Below, piece by piece: positions 58,981 through 64,000 of a DNA stretch of 64,000 nt. The notes beneath the pieces were generated by a model, which saw only the letters and a list, made by a program, of their open reading frames with translations, did not search any database and had not been told where the DNA came from. The stretch comes from a candidate division WOR-3 bacterium (GTDB lineage: Bacteria > Hydrothermota > 32-111): assembly GCA_039804105.1 (NCBI GenBank), contig JBDRZU010000002.1, positions 224,001 to 288,000 of the forward strand, read 5' to 3'. How positions within the stretch are numbered: position 1 is the first letter of the stretch; every line of letters begins with the position of its first letter. A program made the position numbers and the translations under genes.

Positions 58981-60225
58981 TTACCATGCAAAAAGTTTAA
59001 AGTGTGAAGTGAACTTCTTCACTTCATCTCTGATTTTATTTATCTCTTCTTCGTTTTCTATATTTGTTAAAACCCTATCTATAAAGGACGCTATCTTTTT
59101 CATCTCATCCTCTTTCATCCCTCTCGTTGTCATCGCAGGGGTTCCCAACCTGATTCCACTTGTAACAAAAGGTTTTTCAGGATCAAATGGAATCGTATTT
59201 TTATTTACAGTGATACCCGCTTTATCGAGTGCTTTTTCTGCAACTTTTCCAGTCAATTTTTTACTTCTCAAGTCAACAAGCATAAGATGTGTATCCGTTC
59301 CGCCTGACACAAGCCTATATCCTTTTTCTTTTAAAGATTCTGCGAGTTGTTTTGCGTTCTTCAAAACCTGTTCCTGATACTTTACAAAAGATGGTGATAA
59401 CGCTTCTTTGAAAGCAACGGCTTTCGCAGCAATGACATGCATCAACGGTCCACCCTGTATCCCAGGGAACAAGGTTTTATCGATCAAAGCTGCATGCTCC
59501 TCTTTACATAAAACCAATCCACCTCTTGGTCCCCTTAAAGTTTTATGAGTTGTCGAAGTAACTACATCAGCGTATGGTACAGGTGATGGATGGAGGCCCG
59601 CTGCAACAAGCCCAGCGATATGCGCTATATCAACAACCAGTTTTGCTCCAACTTCATCTGCTATCTCTCTAAATTTAGGAAAATCAAAAAATCTTGGATA
59701 AGCACTCGCACCCGTTATTATCATCTTCGGTTTAACCTCTTTTGCAAGTTCTCTTAATTTCCCATAATCGATAACCTCCGTATCCTTCTCAACTCCATAG
59801 TGAACTGCATTGTAAAGAATCCCTGAAAAACTTATCGGATGTCCATGTGTTAGATGTCCACCATGTGAAAGATCCAACCCCATAAATGTATCGTTTGGTT
59901 TCAAAAAGGCAAGGTATGCTACCATGTTTGCCTGTGAACCACAATGTGGTTGAACATTTGCATGATCGGCTTTAAAGAGTTGTTTTGCTCTTTCCCTTGC
60001 TAAATTTTCTGCAACATCAACGAATTCACATCCACCATAATACCTTTTTCCAGGATATCCTTCAGCATATTTGTTTGTCATAACACTTCCCAATGCTTCA
60101 AGAACAGCATCGGAAACAAAATTTTCAGATGCGATAAGTTCTATCTTTTCCGTTTGTCTTCTTTTTTCATTCTCTATTGCTTCGAAAATTTCAAGATCGA
60201 TTTTTTTTAAATTTTCTTTTTCCAT
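58981..60225 (-). CDS. glyA: Serine hydroxymethyltransferase
   Basis: [37 protein letters not shown] and SGIRLGTPA motifs. Confidence 0.98.
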   Translation of the reverse strand: MEKENLKKIDLEIFEAIENEKRRQTEKIELIASENFVSDAVLEALGSVMTNKYAEGYPGKRYYGGCEFVDVAENLARERAKQLFKADHANVQPHCGSQANMVAYLAFLKPNDTFMGLDLSHGGHLTHGHPISFSGILYNAVHYGVEKDTEVIDYGKLRELAKEVKPKMIITGASAYPRFFDFPKFREIADEVGAKLVVDIAHIAGLVAAGLHPSPVPYADVVTSTTHKTLRGPRGGLVLCKEEHAALIDKTLFPGIQGGPLMHVIAAKAVAFKEALSPSFVKYQEQVLKNAKQLAESLKEKGYRLVSGGTDTHLMLVDLRSKKLTGKVAEKALDKAGITVNKNTIPFDPEKPFVTSGIRLGTPAMTTRGMKEDEMKKIASFIDRVLTNIENEEEINKIRDEVKKFTSHFKLFAW

Positions 60226-60227
60226 AA

Positions 60228-61247
60228 TCACTCCTTATGTTTCAGTTCTATACTTTGTGTTGGGAAAGCAAAATTTATCCCTTCTTTATCGAAATTATAT
60301 TTTACAAGATAGTGAAAGTCCTCTTTTATCTGTGCTATGTTCTGGGATCTATTTACTGCAAAATTCACATAAAGATTCACCGAGTACTGGTCAAATTTGT
60401 AAAACCCAATATTTATTGAGTTTTTATCTTCAATCCTGTTATCATCGTTCAGGATTTTTGTAACTATATCAGAAGCTTTCTTTATGGTTTCAACAGGTGT
60501 TCTGTATTCGAGTTGTAAAACATAGGAGATTTTTACAACATTGTTCTCCATATGGTTTATAATTTTACTTTTTGCAACAAGGCTATTAGGAAAAATTACG
60601 ATCTTGTTATCATACCTTTTCAATTTTGTTGTTCTTAATCCAATATTTATGATATACCCCAACTCATCATTTATTTCTACAAGGTCTCCAACATTTAAAA
60701 CTTTCGAGAAAAATATCGTCATTCCACCTATAACGTTTGATAAAAGGTCCTGGGCTGCAAGTGCTATTGCAGCACTTCCTATTCCAAGTCCTGTGATTAT
60801 AGACAGAACATTGACTCCAAGAATACTTAAAATAAAAGTTAACGCCACGATCAATGAAAATACGAGTACAGTTTTTTTCAGAAGAGATTCTATCTGTAGC
60901 GAAAGATGAATATGTTGCCTCAGGATATCATCTCTGTAAATTCTCTCGATAAAAAAATTCATAATAGATATGAAAAGGAATGTAAATGTTAAAACATATA
61001 ATATCTTTGTTATATCAACCAATATGTTGAACACCTGTGTATACTTCGTAAAGAAAGATACAGAGATATGAAACGAGATCGAATACAAAAGGAAAATTGT
61101 GAACCAGAAAAATCTTTTGAAAAATTTATATTTTTTCTCTTTGAAAAAAATTATCAAGAACAATGTTATCGATGTAGAGATCAAAATGAGAAATATCAAA
61201 AGAATGTATGAACTTATTTTGTTTTCAAAGATTAACCTGTCCATCAT
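60228..61247 (-). CDS. mscS: MscS family mechanosensitive channel
   Basis: [13 protein letters not shown]...N..GG, VGD.V, IGLRTT, PNS and I.FAFP motifs. Confidence 0.92.
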   Translation of the reverse strand: MMDRLIFENKISSYILLIFLILISTSITLFLIIFFKEKKYKFFKRFFWFTIFLLYSISFHISVSFFTKYTQVFNILVDITKILYVLTFTFLFISIMNFFIERIYRDDILRQHIHLSLQIESLLKKTVLVFSLIVALTFILSILGVNVLSIITGLGIGSAAIALAAQDLLSNVIGGMTIFFSKVLNVGDLVEINDELGYIINIGLRTTKLKRYDNKIVIFPNSLVAKSKIINHMENNVVKISYVLQLEYRTPVETIKKASDIVTKILNDDNRIEDKNSINIGFYKFDQYSVNLYVNFAVNRSQNIAQIKEDFHYLVKYNFDKEGINFAFPTQSIELKHKE

Positions 61248-62440
61248 CCTTTCCTTCGGTTATACTCTTTTATTCCAAGAGAAAGAATTTTTATAGCATC
61301 TTCAAGTTCTTTAGTGTTCAAAACATAAGCTATCCTTATCTCATCTTTTCCCTTATCAGGTGAAGCGTAGAATCCATTTGCTGGAGCAACCATAACAGTT
61401 TTTCCATCAACTTCAAAATCTGTTAACATCCATTTAGCAAAATTATCTGCATCATCCACAGGAAGTTTTACAACAACATAAAACGCACCTTCAGGTTTTC
61501 TTGTAAAAACGCCTTCAACTTTCATCAGATTCTCATAAACAACATCCCTTCTTTTCTGATACTCTTCGATCATTTCTTTCATAAAACTTTTCATATGTTT
61601 ATAACCCTCTATCATTCCTATCTGTTCAATCGTTGGGGGACATAATCTTGCTTGTCCCAATTTCAAAACGCCATTCATTATATTTTTGTTTTTTGAAACG
61701 AGATATCCAATCCTTGCTCCACAAGCTGAAAACCTTTTTGAAATCGAATCAAGCATTATCGAATTCTCCTGTGTTCCCTCGATTTCAAGGATCGAAGTGT
61801 GTTTTTTGTTATCAAAAACAAACTCTCTGTAAACTTCATCAGAAAGAATGAAAAGATTATGTTTCTTTGCAATTCTTACAATCATTTCCATTTCCTCTCT
61901 GGTAAAAATCGTTCCAGTTGGATTGTTCGGGGTACAGATCAGAATCGCTTTTGTTTTCGGTGTTATCAACTTTTCAAATTCTTTTTCTTCTGGCAAATGA
62001 AAACCTGTTTCAACTCTCGTTAGCAATGGAACAACTTTCAAGCCAGCCATTGAAGCAAAACCGTTGTAGTTAGTGTAAAATGGTTCAGGGATTATTATCT
62101 CATCACCATGATCCGCAACAGTCATCATCGCAAATATTATTGCTTCTGATCCACCTGTTGTTATAAAAACCTCATTTGGATTAACATCATAACCTATTCC
62201 CGAAAGATATTCTGCCACAGTTTCCCTTGCAACCTTTAACCCTTGTGAAGGACCGTAAGCTAAAACATGTTCAGAATAGTTTTTTATAGCATCGTAAATA
62301 TAGGTCGGTGTTGGTATATCAGGTTGTCCAATGTTCAGGTGGTAAACTTTTATTCCCCTGCTTTTTGCATCATCAGAGTATGATAAAAGTTTTCTAATCG
62401 GTGATTCCTGCATATTAATTATTCTTTCCGAGATCTTCAT
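61244..62440 (-). CDS. PLP-dependent aminotransferase class I/II
   Basis: LNIGQPD, GGSEA, PNNPTG, DEVY, SISKRFS.CG.RIG and PEGAFY motifs. Confidence 0.95.
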   Translation of the reverse strand: MKISERIINMQESPIRKLLSYSDDAKSRGIKVYHLNIGQPDIPTPTYIYDAIKNYSEHVLAYGPSQGLKVARETVAEYLSGIGYDVNPNEVFITTGGSEAIIFAMMTVADHGDEIIIPEPFYTNYNGFASMAGLKVVPLLTRVETGFHLPEEKEFEKLITPKTKAILICTPNNPTGTIFTREEMEMIVRIAKKHNLFILSDEVYREFVFDNKKHTSILEIEGTQENSIMLDSISKRFSACGARIGYLVSKNKNIMNGVLKLGQARLCPPTIEQIGMIEGYKHMKSFMKEMIEEYQKRRDVVYENLMKVEGVFTRKPEGAFYVVVKLPVDDADNFAKWMLTDFEVDGKTVMVAPANGFYASPDKGKDEIRIAYVLNTKELEDAIKILSLGIKEYNRRKG

Positions 62441-62645
62441 TCAATTCCTCCATTTTTTCTTTTCTTTCTTTCCCCAACCTCCGAATTTCATCGAGAACTT
62501 CCTGCTTCTTCAAAATGTGTTTACTTTCAAGAACATTAACTAAAGCTTCTATTGAAAGCGCATTCGTGTAAAACATTTCGGCTGGAGAAAGATTGATTTT
62601 TAAAAGTTTAGTATCTTTTTTCTTCTTTTTTTTGAACAGATTCAT
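62415..62645 (-). CDS. Hypothetical small protein
   Basis: 76-aa ORF overlapping both neighbours in the operon; 'EALVNVLESK.IL...EV..EI' helix. Confidence 0.7.
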   Translation of the reverse strand: MNLFKKKKKKDTKLLKINLSPAEMFYTNALSIEALVNVLESKHILKKQEVLDEIRRLGKERKEKMEELNEDLGKNN

Positions 62646-62959
62646 TTTAACCTCACTATAGAATAACCTATTCCTATTCCAATAAAATCGTAAATAAGAT
62701 CTTTGTAAGAGACAGTTCCATCTGAAAAATTGTCATAAATTTCTTTTCCGAATGAAAATAGAACAGGAACACTTATTGAAAAAGTTATATTTTCAAATTC
62801 AGAACGATCTTTCATAAAACTTTTAACAAAAAGTGTCGTCGATGCTGTTATTGCAAAAGTTGTAAACAGATGATCGATTTTATCTTTTGAAAAAAAAGGA
62901 TCCGGAAAAACATTTATAAAGAAGATTGTTAACAATAAGAGAATTAAAAGTTTACGCAT
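62642..62959 (-). CDS. Small membrane protein (YfiM/DUF2279-like)
   Basis: Signal peptide; DK..H, KE..D and 'S.KDL..D..G' motifs. Confidence 0.7.
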   Translation of the reverse strand: MRKLLILLLLTIFFINVFPDPFFSKDKIDHLFTTFAITASTTLFVKSFMKDRSEFENITFSISVPVLFSFGKEIYDNFSDGTVSYKDLIYDFIGIGIGYSIVRLK

Positions 62960-63885
62960 TTTTCTGGTCTCCTCTTTTCAACAAGTACTTCTACTATCGA
63001 TCTGGCACATATCATTGCCATTTTTTCTCTTGTTTCTTCGGTTGCACTTCCGATATGTGGTAACAAAACAACATTGTTCATTTCTAAAAGTTCTTCTTCA
63101 ACTATAGGTTCATTCTCATAAACATCGAGTCCTGCCCCTTTTATTATGTTATTTTTTAGAGCATATACAAGATCCTTTTCTTTTATAAGTTTCCCTCTCG
63201 CCGTATTTATAATAATAACATCATTTTTCATCTTTTTAAATACATCGATGTCAAACTTATAAAGAGTTCTATCGTTCAAAGGTGCGTTGATCGAGATAAA
63301 ATCAGATTCTTCTATCAATCTTTCGAAACTTACTTTTTTACCTATTCCATCTTCCTGAACAATTTCATCGGTAAAGATTATTTTCATCCCAAAACCTTTA
63401 GCCCTTCGCGCGACAGCTTTTCCAATCCTTCCGTAACCAAAGATTCCAAGAGTTTTACCAAAAAGATCTTTCCCTAAAAGAAGATCCGGCTTCCATCCTT
63501 TGAACCCACCTTTTCTTACCAAATTATCGCCTTCAACTATTCTTCTTGTGACAGCAAGAAGTAAAGCAAAAGCTATATCAGCTGTTGCTTCAGTTAAAAC
63601 ATCGGGTGTATTTGTTACAAAAATATTTTTTTCCTTCGCATACAAAACATCTATGTTATCGTACCCAACAGCATAGTTTGCCACTATTTTTAAGTTTTTC
63701 CCTTTATCTAAAATATTTTTATCTACTCTATCACTCAAAAGACATAAGAGTCCATCGTAATCTCCTATAAGATTTTCAAATCTTTCATAAGAGATTCCAT
63801 TTTCGAATATATCAACATCAATTCCATATCCTCCTAAAAAATTTTTCGTATCAAAAGGTAATCTATGGGTTTGTAAGACTTTCAT
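62944..63885 (-). CDS. D-2-hydroxyacid dehydrogenase (glyoxylate/hydroxypyruvate reductase type)
   Basis: AVGYDNID, NTPDVLT.ATAD, GYGRIG, INTARG, LDVYE.EP and PHIGSAT motifs. Confidence 0.93.
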   Translation of the reverse strand: MKVLQTHRLPFDTKNFLGGYGIDVDIFENGISYERFENLIGDYDGLLCLLSDRVDKNILDKGKNLKIVANYAVGYDNIDVLYAKEKNIFVTNTPDVLTEATADIAFALLLAVTRRIVEGDNLVRKGGFKGWKPDLLLGKDLFGKTLGIFGYGRIGKAVARRAKGFGMKIIFTDEIVQEDGIGKKVSFERLIEESDFISINAPLNDRTLYKFDIDVFKKMKNDVIIINTARGKLIKEKDLVYALKNNIIKGAGLDVYENEPIVEEELLEMNNVVLLPHIGSATEETREKMAMICARSIVEVLVEKRRPEKCVNF

Positions 63886-64000
63886 AGTCCTAAATCCTCC
63901 GAAATGGATTTCATCGATTCAAGACAAATATTAATAAAATCTTCCAATTTTAAACCTGTTTCTTCTATCATCTGTATTTGTTCTCTGTTCGCACCAGCAG
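63882..64000 (-). CDS. C-terminus of a probable HD/HDIG-domain protein (5' end outside the window)
   Basis: Hand translation ...AGANREQIQMIEETGLKLEDFINICLESMKSISEDLGL*; the stop overlaps the next ATG. Confidence 0.65.
   Translation of the reverse strand, partial: AGANREQIQMIEETGLKLEDFINICLESMKSISEDLGL

Noticed and set aside
1661..63770. Many 60-160 aa ORFs antisense to or nested within recognised genes (e.g. 5711+, 20360+, 32896+, 58329+, 59009+)
   Set aside because: They fully overlap well-supported genes and have shadow-ORF composition with no motifs.
1..64000. CRISPR array, IS/transposase, integrase, prophage, rRNA
   Set aside because: No regularly spaced repeats, no recognisable transposase, recombinase or phage proteins, and no rRNA-like stretch were seen.

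Overview
This is an AT-rich, densely coded chromosomal segment from a diderm, probably anaerobic bacterium. The T9SS-type parts and cargo proteins suggest an FCB-related lineage such as WOR-3/TA06 rather than a typical Bacteroidota; that is inference only. Most of it is housekeeping: a minus-strand run (TPR lipoprotein, pyrK, pyrD, pyrF, pyrE, yebC, ruvCAB, DUF2905, queA, tgt), nnr, a tRNA nucleotidyltransferase, rpsP-khpA-rimM-trmD-rplS-rnhB-yraN, RNase HI, pfkA, buk, rarA, znuACB, glyA, tRNA-Val(CAC) and tRNA-Ala(CGC). Five things stand out. (1) A class III ribonucleotide reductase has its glycyl-radical segment (YSRIVGY) in a separate 55-codon ORF that the ORF track missed; it lies in frame right after the nrdD stop, and two tandem NrdR boxes sit upstream of nrdD. 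(2) A cobalamin riboswitch controls a BtuB/BtuG-like pair. (3) A dispersed T9SS-like parts list is present: SprE/PorW-like TPR lipoprotein, Reg_prop propeller, PorV-like barrel, C25 peptidase and CTD-tailed cargo. (4) A compositionally distinct, 5'-truncated, frameshifted surface-protein fragment at about 19.0-19.9 kb is bounded by a GC-rich junction motif. (5) Several enzymes have non-canonical catalytic motifs (CitD-CitE fusion, GH3, RNase HI). I saw no CRISPR array, transposase, integrase or rRNA. Family assignments come from reading motifs by eye; no searches were run.
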